Positions 10,083 to 19,712 of a stretch of DNA of 64,000 nucleotides are shown here, piece after piece. Within the stretch, counting starts at the first letter, position 1; the number at the start of each line of letters is the position of its first letter. Location: the NCBI GenBank assembly GCA_036376245.1, contig DASVAS010000028.1, positions 29,339-93,338 of the forward strand, given 5' to 3'. Under the pieces are notes generated by a model. That model was given only the letters and a program-made list of their open reading frames with translations. It had not been told where the DNA came from and did no database searches. Both the position numbers and the translations under genes were made by a program. Source of the stretch: Thermoanaerobaculia bacterium. GTDB taxonomy: Bacteria; Acidobacteriota; Thermoanaerobaculia; Multivoradales; UBA5704.

Positions 10083-12314
10083 TGCCGACCCTGCCGCCAC
10101 AGCTTCCCGGATCCGCACCTCCCGGAACCGCTGCACCGTCGACAGCAGTCCCCCGATGAAGATGATGTAGAGGCCGCCCCAGACGAGCTGGATGAGCGGC
10201 TTGCGGGTCACGTCCACCGAGAGCTTGGCCGGCAGCGCCATGCCCACGAGGTCCAACGTCACGGTGCGTTGCTCGGGATTGATGCCCGAGAGGACGATCT
10301 GGCCGCCGGTGGGGAGCTGCGCCGGCGGGGTCTCCACCGTGCCGTTCGCCGGGTTGATCCGGTAGAGCGTCATCACGTCGGCGGTCTGCCCGTCGCGGGT
10401 CACCGCCAGCCGCGCGCCCACCGTCACTGGCTGGCCCTCGGACATCGCCGCCATGGCGTTGCCCTCCACCTGGAGGTCGAAGCCCACGAACTTGATCTCC
10501 AGGTCCCCGAGCGTCCCGGACTCCCCCTGGGCGAGCTGGAGCTTCGGCTGGCCCGGATCGAAGTCGATGGGCGAGACGTAGAGGTCCTGGAACGGCGAGC
10601 TCTTGATGTCCGGGTTCGCCATCACCTGGCGGGTGCGGTCGTTGATGAACAGCTTCGGGTAGACCGTGACCGGCTTCTGGCCGTCGCGGGCGACCAGGAC
10701 CTCCATGCTCTCCTTCTCGTGGCCCTGCCGCGGGATGAAGCGCTGGAAGGTGAGCGTCATGCCCTCCACCTTCTTCGGCGTGCCCTGGACCAGCGTCACC
10801 TTGGTGCTGTGGTCGTAGGCCGAGGAGGCGATGAAGCCGAGCAGCATCACGCCGACTCCGATATGGGAGAGGTAGCCGCCCATGGCCTTGAGGCCGCCCA
10901 CCCGGTAGCGGGCGATCGTCTTCTGGACGTTGGCGGCGAGCGCCAGGGTGGCCAGGAAGACGAAGAGGATGTGGAAGACGTCGCGGACCTGCCAGACCGC
11001 CGCGGCCACGGTGACCACGAGGCTGAAGCCGAGCGGCCAGAGCATCCGGCGGAAGATTTCCCGCGGCGGCGTCCCCTTCCAGGCGAGGTAGGGAACCAGC
11101 GCCAGCAGCAGGCCGATCAGCAGGGCGATGGGCAGGTTGACCTTGTTGTAGAAGCTGGGGCCGACCTGGCTGGGGTCCGCCATGAAGCGGGTCAGCAGCG
11201 GCGCCGAGGTGCCGACGGTGATGATGACGGCGGAGATCGTCAGGGTGATCGTCGACAGCACCAGGAAGTTGCCGCGGGAGAAGAACGGGTCCTCGTTGGG
11301 GGCGGTGGGGATCTCCTTCCAGCGGGTGGCGAGCAGGTAGAGGCCGAAGAGGAGAAAACCGCCGAGGATGATGGTGAGCGGTCCCGCGATGCCGAGGTCC
11401 ACGAAGCTGTGGACGGAGAAATCGGCGAGCACGCCCGAGCGGGTGAGGAACGTGCCGTAGAGCACCGAGACGTAGGTCAGGATGGTGAACAGGTAGTTGG
11501 CCCGGCGGTAGCGCCCCTGGGTGCGCTCCAGGTAGAGGCCGTGGATCAGCACCGTGCCGAAGATCCAGGGGATCAGCGAGGCGTTCTCCACCGGGTCCCA
11601 GCCCCAGTAGCCGCCCCAGCCCAGGGTCTTGTAGGCCCAGTAGCCTCCCATCAGGATCGCCGTGCCGAGGACGAGGAAGCCGCCGAGCGCCCAGGGGAAG
11701 GCGCGGGCCGCCCAGCCGTCGTAGTCGCGGCGCAGCAGCGAGGCCATGGCGAAGGCGAAGGGGATGGCGGCCGAGGCGTAGCCGATGAACATGATCGGCG
11801 GGTGGATCACCATCCAGTCGTCCTGCAGCAGGGGGTTGAGCCCCGCGCCCTCGATGGGCGTCTGGCGCAGCATGACGAACGGGTTCTCCCGCACCAGGAT
11901 GAGCAGCAGGCTCATCAGGGTCAGCGTGTAGACCCCCATGACCAGGGGCTCGTTGCGGCCGGCGGTGCGGCGGACGAGCAGGCCGATCACGGCCCCCCAG
12001 AACAGCCAGATGAGGAAGCTCCCCTTCTGCCCGGCCCAGAAGGCGGCGAACTGGTAGTGCGCCGGCAGGTCCGTCCCCGAGTACTGGTACACGTACTCGA
12101 CGCGGAAGTCGCGCATGATCAGCAGCAGGCCCAGCACCACCGACGCGAGGACGATGGAGAGGGCGAAGAAGCCGTAGCAGCGGCGGGCGAACGGCAGCGA
12201 GCCGCCGTCGCCGGAATAGACCCGCGCGTAGCCGTAGAGGGCCGCGAAGGAGAAGAGGAGCGCGGACCAGATGGTGAGCGCCCCGGGGAGATAGAGCTGC
12301 GAGAGATAGTCCAC
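10074..12314 (-). CDS. ccmF: Cytochrome c-type biogenesis heme lyase CcmF.
   Basis: WWD domain (WGGYWGWDPVENASLIPW) and a multi-transmembrane architecture, immediately downstream of ccmE. Confidence 0.9.
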   Translation of the reverse strand: MDYLSQLYLPGALTIWSALLFSFAALYGYARVYSGDGGSLPFARRCYGFFALSIVLASVVLGLLLIMRDFRVEYVYQYSGTDLPAHYQFAAFWAGQKGSFLIWLFWGAVIGLLVRRTAGRNEPLVMGVYTLTLMSLLLILVRENPFVMLRQTPIEGAGLNPLLQDDWMVIHPPIMFIGYASAAIPFAFAMASLLRRDYDGWAARAFPWALGGFLVLGTAILMGGYWAYKTLGWGGYWGWDPVENASLIPWIFGTVLIHGLYLERTQGRYRRANYLFTILTYVSVLYGTFLTRSGVLADFSVHSFVDLGIAGPLTIILGGFLLFGLYLLATRWKEIPTAPNEDPFFSRGNFLVLSTITLTISAVIITVGTSAPLLTRFMADPSQVGPSFYNKVNLPIALLIGLLLALVPYLAWKGTPPREIFRRMLWPLGFSLVVTVAAAVWQVRDVFHILFVFLATLALAANVQKTIARYRVGGLKAMGGYLSHIGVGVMLLGFIASSAYDHSTKVTLVQGTPKKVEGMTLTFQRFIPRQGHEKESMEVLVARDGQKPVTVYPKLFINDRTRQVMANPDIKSSPFQDLYVSPIDFDPGQPKLQLAQGESGTLGDLEIKFVGFDLQVEGNAMAAMSEGQPVTVGARLAVTRDGQTADVMTLYRINPANGTVETPPAQLPTGGQIVLSGINPEQRTVTLDLVGMALPAKLSVDVTRKPLIQLVWGGLYIIFIGGLLSTVQRFREVRIREAVAAGSART

Positions 12315-12338
12315 GATCGCCTCCAGGGCCCGAAGGTC

Positions 12339-12734
12339 CTAGCTGTAGGTCTTGACCTCGGTCCCCTGATACTTGCTGGGGCACTTCACCAGCAGCTTCT
12401 CGGCATGGAACTCCTGCGCCTGGTCGTCGTAGCGGCCGATCGCCACGATGCTGACGGCGTCCTCGAAGTTGGCCGGCTTGAGGCCCTTGTAGCGGACCCG
12501 CAGGTTTTCGCCCGTCTTCGGGTCCTTGAGGGTGAAGAGGAGCGACTCCTGGGCGGACACATAGGAGGAGCTCCCCTTCTCCAGCCCGCCGGCCACCTGC
12601 ACGATGCGGTTGCCGTCGCGGGCCTTCTCGTAGGAGACGTAGGGAGTCATGGAGTCCTTGAACGCCGTGAACGAGAAGCCGGCGAAGGCCACCAGCAGCA
12701 GGCCGCCGAACATGTACAGTCGATTTTTATTCAT
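12339..12734 (-). CDS. ccmE: Cytochrome c maturation heme chaperone CcmE.
   Basis: A single N-terminal transmembrane helix followed by an OB-fold periplasmic domain (LRVRYKGLKPANFEDAVSIVAIG, EFHAEKLLVKCPSKYQ). Confidence 0.85.
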   Translation of the reverse strand: MNKNRLYMFGGLLLVAFAGFSFTAFKDSMTPYVSYEKARDGNRIVQVAGGLEKGSSSYVSAQESLLFTLKDPKTGENLRVRYKGLKPANFEDAVSIVAIGRYDDQAQEFHAEKLLVKCPSKYQGTEVKTYS

Positions 12735-12847
12735 GGCTCTTTCTCCATCTCCCGCAGCCTCTTGCCGAGGCGTAGCAGGTAGAGGAACAGTCCCGTCCAG
12801 ATGATCAGGTTCACCGCTACGATCCAGCCGTTCGCCCCCGTCAACAT
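12731..12847 (-). CDS. ccmD: Heme exporter protein CcmD (small single-pass membrane protein).
   Basis: A 38-aa product (MLTGANGWIVAVNLIIWTGLFLYLLRLGKRLREMEKEP) lies between ccmC and ccmE and overlaps ccmE by 4 nt. This is the typical CcmD position and size. Confidence 0.5.
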   Translation of the reverse strand: MLTGANGWIVAVNLIIWTGLFLYLLRLGKRLREMEKEP

Positions 12848-12858
12848 AACCCTACTCC

Positions 12859-13527
12859 TTAAGGTGCAGATTTCCGCTCCCAGAGGGTCAGGATGCGGCA
12901 CTGCAGGTTGTGGACCCAGAAGAAGAGCGCGGCGAAGCCCAGGCCGCTGGCGTACAGCACGTGCTGGATGCGCGGGTCCATCTCGACCTTGCCCGAGGCG
13001 TTGACCACGGGCTCCGGATGAAGCGAGAAGGTGATGCGGGGGACGATCCAGAACAGGAACGGCGTCACCACCAGTCCGAGCAGGGCGTAGGCCGCCGCCA
13101 GCCGCCCCCGTTTCTCGGGATCGTCCACCGACTGCCGGAGGGCCAGGTAGGCGGCGTAGAAGAGCAAAGCGGCCAGGATCGAGGTCTGGCGCGGGTCCCA
13201 GTTCCACCAGGCGCCCCACTCGATGCGCGCCCACACGGCACCGGTGACCGTGGCCAGGACGCCGAACAGCAGCCCGAGCTGGATGGCCACGGCGGCCGCC
13301 CGGTCATGGCGCGGGTCGCGGCGCAGCAGGTACCGCACGCTCCACACCGCGGCGGCGATGAAGCCGAGGAACGACGACCAGGCCATGGGCACGTGGAAGA
13401 ACACGATCCGGCTCGATCCCGGCACGCGGAAGCTCTCGGCGACCGGGGCATAGAAGAACGCTCCCACGATGACGAGGGAGATCCAGATCCAGAGCAGCCA
13501 GGCGAAGAGGGTCTTCATGGGTTCCAA
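12859..13527 (-). CDS. ccmC: Heme exporter protein CcmC.
   Basis: WWD motif (WNWDPRQTSILAALLFYAAYLAL), six transmembrane helices, and the position between ccmB and ccmD. Confidence 0.85.
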   Translation of the reverse strand: MEPMKTLFAWLLWIWISLVIVGAFFYAPVAESFRVPGSSRIVFFHVPMAWSSFLGFIAAAVWSVRYLLRRDPRHDRAAAVAIQLGLLFGVLATVTGAVWARIEWGAWWNWDPRQTSILAALLFYAAYLALRQSVDDPEKRGRLAAAYALLGLVVTPFLFWIVPRITFSLHPEPVVNASGKVEMDPRIQHVLYASGLGFAALFFWVHNLQCRILTLWERKSAP

Positions 13528-14219
13528 ACCACTGGAAAGAGCATGAGTCCGGCGACGGTTACGGCAGCATCATACAGAAGCAGCACGGGCAGGGCCACTC
13601 CGCCGGGGTCGCCGGTGACGGCGCCGCGGGTGAGCTCCACGGCCAGCACCAGCAGGGGGAGCAGCACCGGGAACGAGAGCACCGAGAAGAGGGTGCCCTT
13701 GCTGCGCGCCTGGGCGATGATGGAGGCCACCAGCGTGCTGCCCACGGCGAGGCCGTAGCCGCCGGCCGCCAGCACGGCCGCCAGCAGCCCGGGCGAGGCC
13801 ACGTCGAGGCTGGTCATGACCAGGTAGGCCGGGGTGACCAGCGCCTCCAGGGCCAGGACCAGGGTCAGCCCGTAGAGGAGCTTGCCGCAGAACAGGGCCG
13901 ACGGCGTGGCGGCGAGCCGCAGGGCCGTGGCCGTCTGGCTCTCCTCCTCCTGCACGAAGGCGCGCGGCAGGCCCGCCGCCACCGAGAACAGCAGGATGAT
14001 CCAGAGCAGCACCGGCAGCACCGAGGTCCCCTGGGATTTCATCACCCCCAGCGGCCCGAGGCTGAAGCTCACCACCACCAGCGTCGTGAAGGCGAAGAGG
14101 GCCAGCGTGTTGAGGGCGTAGCGGGTGCGGAACTCGCACCGCCACTCCTTGACGAACACGGAGGCCGCCTCGGCGGCCCACCGCCTCGCTTCAGCGGCCC
14201 AGGTCGAGTCGCTCGACAT
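13515..14219 (-). CDS. ccmB: Heme exporter ABC permease CcmB.
   Basis: Polytopic membrane protein whose N-terminus ([21 protein letters not shown]) is typical of CcmB. It overlaps ccmA and ccmC. Confidence 0.8.
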   Translation of the reverse strand: MSSDSTWAAEARRWAAEAASVFVKEWRCEFRTRYALNTLALFAFTTLVVVSFSLGPLGVMKSQGTSVLPVLLWIILLFSVAAGLPRAFVQEEESQTATALRLAATPSALFCGKLLYGLTLVLALEALVTPAYLVMTSLDVASPGLLAAVLAAGGYGLAVGSTLVASIIAQARSKGTLFSVLSFPVLLPLLVLAVELTRGAVTGDPGGVALPVLLLYDAAVTVAGLMLFPVVWNP

Positions 14220-14805
14220 GATCGAAGTCCAGGTTGAAGGGGTTGGCGACCACGGCGAGGCCGCCCGCCGCCAGGTGCTCGGCCAGAAGCTCGCGGGAGA
14301 TGCGTTCGCCGGGCGCGTCGAAGTTCTGGAACGGCTCGTCCAGCAGCAGGAGCCGGGGGGAGTGGAGGAGCGCCCAGGCCCATCGAAGACGCTGCCGCAT
14401 GCCGGAGGAGAGCGCGCCCGCCATGCGGTCGAGCGGCAGGCTCAGGCGGTCCAGCACGGCGAGCCCCTTCTCGGGGCTCACCCGCCGCAACCGGGCGAAG
14501 AAGGCCAGGTTCTCCGCCACCGTCAGCTCGGAGTAGAAGGCGAGGTCCGGGGCCACGACCCCGATCCGCCGTCGCCGGGCGGCGGCGTCCAGGTCGGCGC
14601 CGTTCTCGCGGTACGCGATCCTGCCGCCGTCCGGCGCCAGGAGCCCCGCGAGGCAGCGCAGCAGGGTGCTCTTGCCCGAGCCGTTGGGGCCGGTGACGAG
14701 CAGCATGCCGCCGGTCTCCACGGCGCCCGAGACGCCCTCCAGCACGGAGAGCCGCCCGAAGCGGCGGCGGACGTTTTCGAAGTGGAGGGAAGCGGGCTCG
14801 GACAT
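14191..14805 (-). CDS. ccmA: Heme exporter ABC ATPase CcmA.
   Basis: Walker A (GPNGSGKST), the ABC signature (LSSGMRQRL) and Walker B (LLLLDEP). It is the first gene of the minus-strand ccm operon. Confidence 0.85.
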   Translation of the reverse strand: MSEPASLHFENVRRRFGRLSVLEGVSGAVETGGMLLVTGPNGSGKSTLLRCLAGLLAPDGGRIAYRENGADLDAAARRRRIGVVAPDLAFYSELTVAENLAFFARLRRVSPEKGLAVLDRLSLPLDRMAGALSSGMRQRLRWAWALLHSPRLLLLDEPFQNFDAPGERISRELLAEHLAAGGLAVVANPFNLDFDHVERLDLGR

Positions 14806-14931
14806 GTGCGCAATATAACCGCGATTCCCGCGGGCCGCCCCCGCCCATGGGGTGGGGCGGGCTTTCCTGCCTGGGAGGCCGCCCGCCTTTCGGGCCTACC
14901 CGATGGAGTGGGCCGCTTCGTATACCATTCC

Positions 14932-16941
14932 ATGACCATGACCACGAAGACGCCGCGCCGCGGTCTCGCCGCCGTCCTCCTGCTCCTGCTGTGCGCCTGC
15001 GCGTCCCGCCCCCGCACCGCGGCGGACCTCCCGGACCTCCAGGTCCCCTCCCTGGAGGAGCGGACCCTGCTGGCGCTCCTGGTGGACCGGCAGATCCTCG
15101 ACGACTTCGCCGTCCAGCAGGCGCTCAAAGGGGACGCCTCCCTGCGCGAGGACCTCGCCGTGGCCCTGGGGCGCATCCCCGACCCGCGGGGGCGGACGGT
15201 GCTGGAAGGGCTGCTGATCGACGAGGAGCCGGCGGTGCGGCGGGCGGCGGCGTTCGGCCTGGGAGAGCTGGAAGCCCCGGAGGCCCAGGAGGCCCTCTTC
15301 CGCGCCCTGCGCGATTCCGACCGCGAGACCGGCATGCTGGCCGTCGAGGCCCTGGGCAAGCTGGGCGCCCGGGTGGTGGACGTGGCCGAGGCCCTGCTCC
15401 CGCTGCCGGAAGAGGAGCGCTGGGCGCGGCTGCTGCCCCACCTCTTCCGCTTCAAGGAGGAGACCGTCGTGGCCCTGGCCGAGCGCGGGCTGACCAATGC
15501 GGACGCGGCGCTGCGCCTGCGCGCCGCCTACGCCCTCTCCCGCAACCCCCTCGCCCAGGGCCTGCCGGCGCTGCGCCGGCTGCTGGCCGACCCCGAGCCG
15601 CGCCTCCGCGCCTGGGCCGCCCGCGCGGTCGGGCTGGTGGGGGAAGGGGCGGATCTGGCGGCCCTGCGGCCGCTGCTGGACGACGCCGATCCCGGGCCGC
15701 TGGTCCAGGCCCTCCGCTCCGCCCGATCCCTGGTGGCGGGGGGCAAGGCCCCGGCGCCGGCGGACTGGGCGCCCCGCCTCACGGCGCTGCTGGAAGACCC
15801 GCGCCCCGGCGTGCGCACCAGCGCCCTGGAGGCGGCGGGCGCCTGGTCGGCGGCCTCGCCGGAGCTCGCCGCGGTCCTGATCGCCCGGGCGTCAGGCGGC
15901 GAGACCTGGGAGCGGGGGACCGCGCTGGTCTCCCTGGCGCAGGGGAAGCACCCGCGGGCCGCGGAGCTGATCGCCGCCGCCGCGGACTCCCCGGACGAGA
16001 GCCTGCGGGCGCGGGCCGCCGAGGCCGCCGGCGCCCTGGGGCTGCCGGCGGGCGGCGCGCTGCTGGAGCGCCTGGCCGGCGACGCCGTCGCCCGGGTGCG
16101 GAGCGCCGCCCTGTCGGCGTGGCTCGCGGCCGACCCGCAAGCCGGCGAGGTGGCCCGCAAGGCCCTGACCGACCCCGACCCCGGCGTCAAGGGGGTGGCC
16201 CTCGGCTGGCTGGAGGAGCACCCGGTGGCGCCGCTGGCGGAGATCCAGGCGGCCCTGCCGGCGGTCTACCGGCAGGGGCTGGAGGAGGAGGGGATGACGG
16301 CCGTGCGGGCGGTCGCCGCCCGCGCCGAGGCCGAGCCGCTGGAGCGCGGCGCCGCCGTCGCGCTGCTGGAGAGCGCCGCCGCCGCCGGCCCCTACGTGCT
16401 GCGGCGGGAGGCGGGGGCGAGCCTCGGCAAGCTGGGCCGGCCCGTGCCGCCGCTGGGTCCGGCCGACAACGGCCGGGGGGCGGACGCCTACCGGGCGATC
16501 GTGCAGCGCACGCGCAAGCCGCGCACGGTGGAGATCCGCACCCAGAGGGGCGTGATCACCGCCCGCCTGGACTGCCCCCAGGCCCCCTTCACCTGCCTGA
16601 GCTTCCTCAACCTGGCGGGCCAGGGGTTCTACGACGGCCTGACCTTCCACCGGGTGGTCCCCGACTTCGTGATCCAGGGCGGAGACCCCAAGGGGGACGG
16701 CACCGGCGGGCCGGGCTACACGATCCGCGACGAGATCAATCGCCTGCGCTACGGCCGCGGCGTGCTGGGCATGGCCCTGGCCGGCCCGGACACCGGCGGC
16801 AGCCAGTTCTTCATCACCCTCTCCCCGCAGCCCCACCTGGACGGCGGCTACACCGTCTTCGGCGAGGTCGTCGCGGGGGACGAGGTCCTGGACCAGATCC
16901 GGATCGGCGACAAAATCGAGACCATTACCGAGGTGAAATAG
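14932..16941 (+). CDS. Exported lipoprotein that fuses a long HEAT (PBS-lyase-like) repeat array to a C-terminal cyclophilin-type peptidyl-prolyl isomerase domain.
   Basis: The ATG at 14932 sits inside the longer listed ORF. Lipoprotein signal LLLLLCAC. Repeated [14 protein letters not shown]-type HEAT units. C-terminal cyclophilin motifs [15 protein letters not shown] and [21 protein letters not shown]. It is divergent from ccmA. Confidence 0.75.
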   Translation: MTMTTKTPRRGLAAVLLLLLCACASRPRTAADLPDLQVPSLEERTLLALLVDRQILDDFAVQQALKGDASLREDLAVALGRIPDPRGRTVLEGLLIDEEPAVRRAAAFGLGELEAPEAQEALFRALRDSDRETGMLAVEALGKLGARVVDVAEALLPLPEEERWARLLPHLFRFKEETVVALAERGLTNADAALRLRAAYALSRNPLAQGLPALRRLLADPEPRLRAWAARAVGLVGEGADLAALRPLLDDADPGPLVQALRSARSLVAGGKAPAPADWAPRLTALLEDPRPGVRTSALEAAGAWSAASPELAAVLIARASGGETWERGTALVSLAQGKHPRAAELIAAAADSPDESLRARAAEAAGALGLPAGGALLERLAGDAVARVRSAALSAWLAADPQAGEVARKALTDPDPGVKGVALGWLEEHPVAPLAEIQAALPAVYRQGLEEEGMTAVRAVAARAEAEPLERGAAVALLESAAAAGPYVLRREAGASLGKLGRPVPPLGPADNGRGADAYRAIVQRTRKPRTVEIRTQRGVITARLDCPQAPFTCLSFLNLAGQGFYDGLTFHRVVPDFVIQGGDPKGDGTGGPGYTIRDEINRLRYGRGVLGMALAGPDTGGSQFFITLSPQPHLDGGYTVFGEVVAGDEVLDQIRIGDKIETITEVK

Positions 16942-16964
16942 GGAGGTGAGGTAGACTCCACCTC

Positions 16965-17531
16965 ATGAAACACCGAATCACCGTCCCCGCCGTCCTTGTC
17001 CTTGGTGTCCTTGCCGTCCTTGTCCCCGCCGCCCAGGCCGATGACGAGAAGGACAAGAAGAAGGAGGAGAGCGTGCTGACCGGTACCGTCACCCGGGAGG
17101 CCATCGAGGCCGCCAACCCCGAGTGGGCGCAGGCGCAGGTGGAGGCGAAGCCGGACGCCGCGGCGGCGCAGGGCCTGGCGCAGGTCGAGCCGGGCGCGGA
17201 GGTCACCGTCTTCCTCGGCACCTGGTGCGGCGACAGCCGGCGCGAGGTGCCCCGCCTCTGGAGCGCCATCGACGTGGCCGGCGGCATGGTCCCCTTCAAG
17301 GTGACCTACATCGCCGTGGACCGCGACAAGAAGGATCCGGCGGGAGAGGCGGTGAAGAGCGACATCCGGTACGTGCCCACCCTGATCGTGGTCCGCGACG
17401 GCCGCGAGGTGGGCCGCATCGTCGAGACGTCGCCGCACGGCGTCGAAGCCGACCTGCTGGCCCTCCTCACGGGGAAGGCCCAGGGCGTCATCTCCACCCG
17501 GGAGGACCTGGGCGGCGGCTCCTCCCGCTAG
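16965..17531 (+). CDS. Secreted thioredoxin-fold protein with a single-cysteine CxxS active-site variant (WCGDS).
   Basis: Signal peptide (VLVLGVLAVLVPAAQA). Thioredoxin-like core VTVFLGTWCGDSRREVPRLW ... YVPTLIVVRDGREVGRI, in which the second Cys of the canonical WCxxC is replaced by Ser. Confidence 0.65.
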   Translation: MKHRITVPAVLVLGVLAVLVPAAQADDEKDKKKEESVLTGTVTREAIEAANPEWAQAQVEAKPDAAAAQGLAQVEPGAEVTVFLGTWCGDSRREVPRLWSAIDVAGGMVPFKVTYIAVDRDKKDPAGEAVKSDIRYVPTLIVVRDGREVGRIVETSPHGVEADLLALLTGKAQGVISTREDLGGGSSR

Positions 17532-17579
17532 GTCCAGGTCATACCCTGAAACTTTGATCCTGGGGCTGCGTATCCACCC

Positions 17580-18164
17580 ATGACGCGGGGAGCGGAGCCA
17601 TTGACCGACGAGGATCTGGTGACCGCGGTCCTCGAAGGCGATCGGGACCGCTTCGGCGAGCTGATCGACCGCTATCAGGGACGCCTCGTCAACTATCTGT
17701 TCCGGTTGCTGCGCAACGCTGACGACGCGCACGACCTGGCGCAGGAGGTCTTTGTCAAGGTGTATCAGGTCCTGGATCGTTTCGATCCGCACTACAAGTT
17801 CTCCACCTGGCTGTTCCGGGTGGCCCAGAACGCGGCGATCGATCAGATCCGCAGGCGCCGTCTGAAGGTGGTCTCGCTCCGGCAGGAGGACGACGAGGGG
17901 GAGAGCCGGGACTGGGACCTGCCCTCTCCGGAGCGGGGACCCTATGGCGAGATGCGCAACCAGGAGCGGGGGGAGGCGATCCATGAGGCGATCGAGACCC
18001 TGCCCTGGGAGTACCGGGAGCTGATCCTGCTGCGCCATTTCGGCGAGCTGCCCTACGAGGAGATCGCGCGGCTGAAGCAGATGCCGCTGGGGACCGTGAA
18101 GAACAAGCTTTTCCGGGGACGCCAGATGCTCAAGGAGAAGCTCCAGGACTTTCTCAGCGATTGA
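17580..18164 (+). CDS. ECF-family RNA polymerase sigma-70 factor.
   Basis: Region 2 (LVNYLFRLLRNADDAHDLAQEVFVKVYQ, FSTWLFRVAQNAAID) and a region 4 helix-turn-helix (LPWEYRELILLRHFGELPYEEIARLKQMPLGTVKNKLFRGR). Confidence 0.85.
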   Translation: MTRGAEPLTDEDLVTAVLEGDRDRFGELIDRYQGRLVNYLFRLLRNADDAHDLAQEVFVKVYQVLDRFDPHYKFSTWLFRVAQNAAIDQIRRRRLKVVSLRQEDDEGESRDWDLPSPERGPYGEMRNQERGEAIHEAIETLPWEYRELILLRHFGELPYEEIARLKQMPLGTVKNKLFRGRQMLKEKLQDFLSD

Positions 18165-18186
18165 AAAAGGGTTCGGGGGAGAGGTC

Positions 18187-18765
18187 ATGAACAGGCCCGA
18201 TCACAGCACCTACATCGAATGGTTGAACCTGGACGCCGACGGCCTGCTGGAAGGTGAGGAGCGGTCGCGCCTGGAAGAGCACCTGGCGGCCTGCGCCGAC
18301 TGCCGGCGCGAGCGGGAGGAGCTTCAGGCCCTGAACGGGCTGCTGCGGCGCTCCGCCATCGACGCGCGGCCGGGTTTCCGGCAGGCGGTCATGGCGTCTC
18401 TCCCCACGGCGGGCTGGGAGGTCCACTCTTCCCAGGGCTGGCGCTTCCCCGCGGCGGTGCTGGTGCTGCTGGGCGCTCTCGCGGCCGGCCTGCTGATCGC
18501 CGGCTCGGCCCCGTCCTCCGCCGGTTTCTCCACCCTGGTCGCCGTGGGCAGCCTCTTCCGCGCCGCTGTCCTGGCCGGGGCCGGCCTGCTCGCCGCCTCC
18601 TGGAAGGGGGTGGGCCTGGTCGTCGAGCGGGTGATCTCCTCGCCCGCCAGCCTGGGCGCTTTCGGCTTCCTGGTGCTCTGCCTCAACCTGCTGCTGATCT
18701 CGCTGCTCCGCCGCAAGCGCCCGGCCCGCCAGGCCGAGGGCGCGCCCTCCGATCCCAGACGGTGA
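18187..18765 (+). CDS. Membrane-anchored anti-sigma factor with an N-terminal zinc-finger (ZAS-like H-x3-C-x2-C) domain.
   Basis: EEHLAACADCRRE motif, then hydrophobic transmembrane segments. It lies 22 nt after the sigma gene and overlaps the next gene by 4 nt. Confidence 0.65.
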   Translation: MNRPDHSTYIEWLNLDADGLLEGEERSRLEEHLAACADCRREREELQALNGLLRRSAIDARPGFRQAVMASLPTAGWEVHSSQGWRFPAAVLVLLGALAAGLLIAGSAPSSAGFSTLVAVGSLFRAAVLAGAGLLAASWKGVGLVVERVISSPASLGAFGFLVLCLNLLLISLLRRKRPARQAEGAPSDPRR

Positions 18766-19649
18766 AGCTCTTCCTCTGCGCGACGCTGCTGTCCCTGCTC
18801 GCCCTGCCGGCGGGAGCCGGCGACGAGCCTGCGCTCCGCCTGGAGCCGGGGAGCACCACGCAACAGCTCGTGGGCGTGGGGCGGGACGTCATCGTCGACG
18901 GCGAGGTGCTGACCGACGTCGCGGCCCTGGACGGCTCGGTGGACGTCTCCGGCCACGTGAACGGGGACGTCGTGGTGCTGCGGGGCGACGCGCGGCTGGC
19001 CGCCACGGCCCGCGTCGACGGCGACGTCTTCGTGGTCGGTGGCACGGTGCGCACCCACGGCGGCGCCAAGGTCGGCGGGCGCATGGTCTCCTATCCCACC
19101 GCCTCCAGCGCCTGGCTCACCCTCCTGGAGGGGCCGAGCATCGGCCTCGGCTTCGCCTCCCGGCTGGTGCTGGGGACCAAGCTGGCCCTGGTCGCCGCCT
19201 GGGCGGCCCTCCTGCTCCTGTTCTTCGCCGCCAGCGGCCGGCAGGTGGTGGAGACCGCCGACGGCGTGCGGCGCGAGCCCTTCCGCAGCTTCTTCGTGGG
19301 CCTCACCGGCATCGTCTGCCTGGTCCTCACCGGCCTCTTCTTCAGCGCCTTCGCCCGCGGGGTGATCGGCGTGCCGCTGCTGGTGCTGGTGGTCCTGCTG
19401 GCCCTGGTGCTGAAGCTGTGGGGCATGGTCGCCGTCTTCTACGCCCTGGGCGAATGGATCTCCCGCAAGGTCCTGCGGCGCCGCTTCCGGCCCCTGAACG
19501 CGGCCACCCTCGGTCTGCTGGTGCTGGGGGCCGTGAAGTTCCTCCCCTGGTTCGGCGTCCTGGCCTGGACCACCGCCACGCTGATCGGCGTCGGCGCCGC
19601 CCTCTCCACCAAATTCGGCCGCCGCGAGCCCTGGTTCGAGCTGGCGTAG
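18762..19649 (+). CDS. Signal-peptide protein with a beta-helix, bactofilin-like repeat domain (DGxVxxDVxxxxGSVDVSGHVNGDVVV...) and a C-terminal 4-transmembrane domain. It is the third gene of the sigma/anti-sigma module.
   Basis: N-terminal signal LLSLLALPAGAG. A repeating G-D-V/x-V pattern characteristic of polymer-forming beta-helix (DUF583/DUF4097-like) proteins. Several C-terminal hydrophobic helices. Confidence 0.55.
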   Translation: MKLFLCATLLSLLALPAGAGDEPALRLEPGSTTQQLVGVGRDVIVDGEVLTDVAALDGSVDVSGHVNGDVVVLRGDARLAATARVDGDVFVVGGTVRTHGGAKVGGRMVSYPTASSAWLTLLEGPSIGLGFASRLVLGTKLALVAAWAALLLLFFAASGRQVVETADGVRREPFRSFFVGLTGIVCLVLTGLFFSAFARGVIGVPLLVLVVLLALVLKLWGMVAVFYALGEWISRKVLRRRFRPLNAATLGLLVLGAVKFLPWFGVLAWTTATLIGVGAALSTKFGRREPWFELA

Positions 19650-19712
19650 AACCCTATTCGCGAAATCTGATAAGTTACGCGCCAGAAACCTCCGTTCGAG
19701 GGAGTCACTGGC

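Noticed and set aside
9988-12384. A 798-aa minus-strand ORF and an 837-aa plus-strand ORF (10269..12782) overlapping ccmF/ccmE.
   Set aside because: The frame with the WWD heme-handling motif and transmembrane helices (10074..12314, minus strand) is the real ccmF. The others are off-frame or antisense shadows. Their ends run through the palindromic repeat element, which produces the odd KDLKDIKDLKD peptide.
14847-16949. A 700-aa plus-strand ORF in an alternative frame over the HEAT-cyclophilin gene, and minus-strand ORFs 14523..15497 and 15892..16836.
   Set aside because: Only the frame starting at 14932 has a lipoprotein signal, HEAT repeats and the cyclophilin motifs.
19650-19712. Candidate ECF-type promoter (GAAC ... 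GTT) upstream of the first MFS/spermidine-synthase paralog.
   Set aside because: The spacing does not fit an ECF consensus well (GAAC-N14-TCTGA or GAAC-N22-GTT). The AT-richer intergenic segment is noted but not called as a feature.
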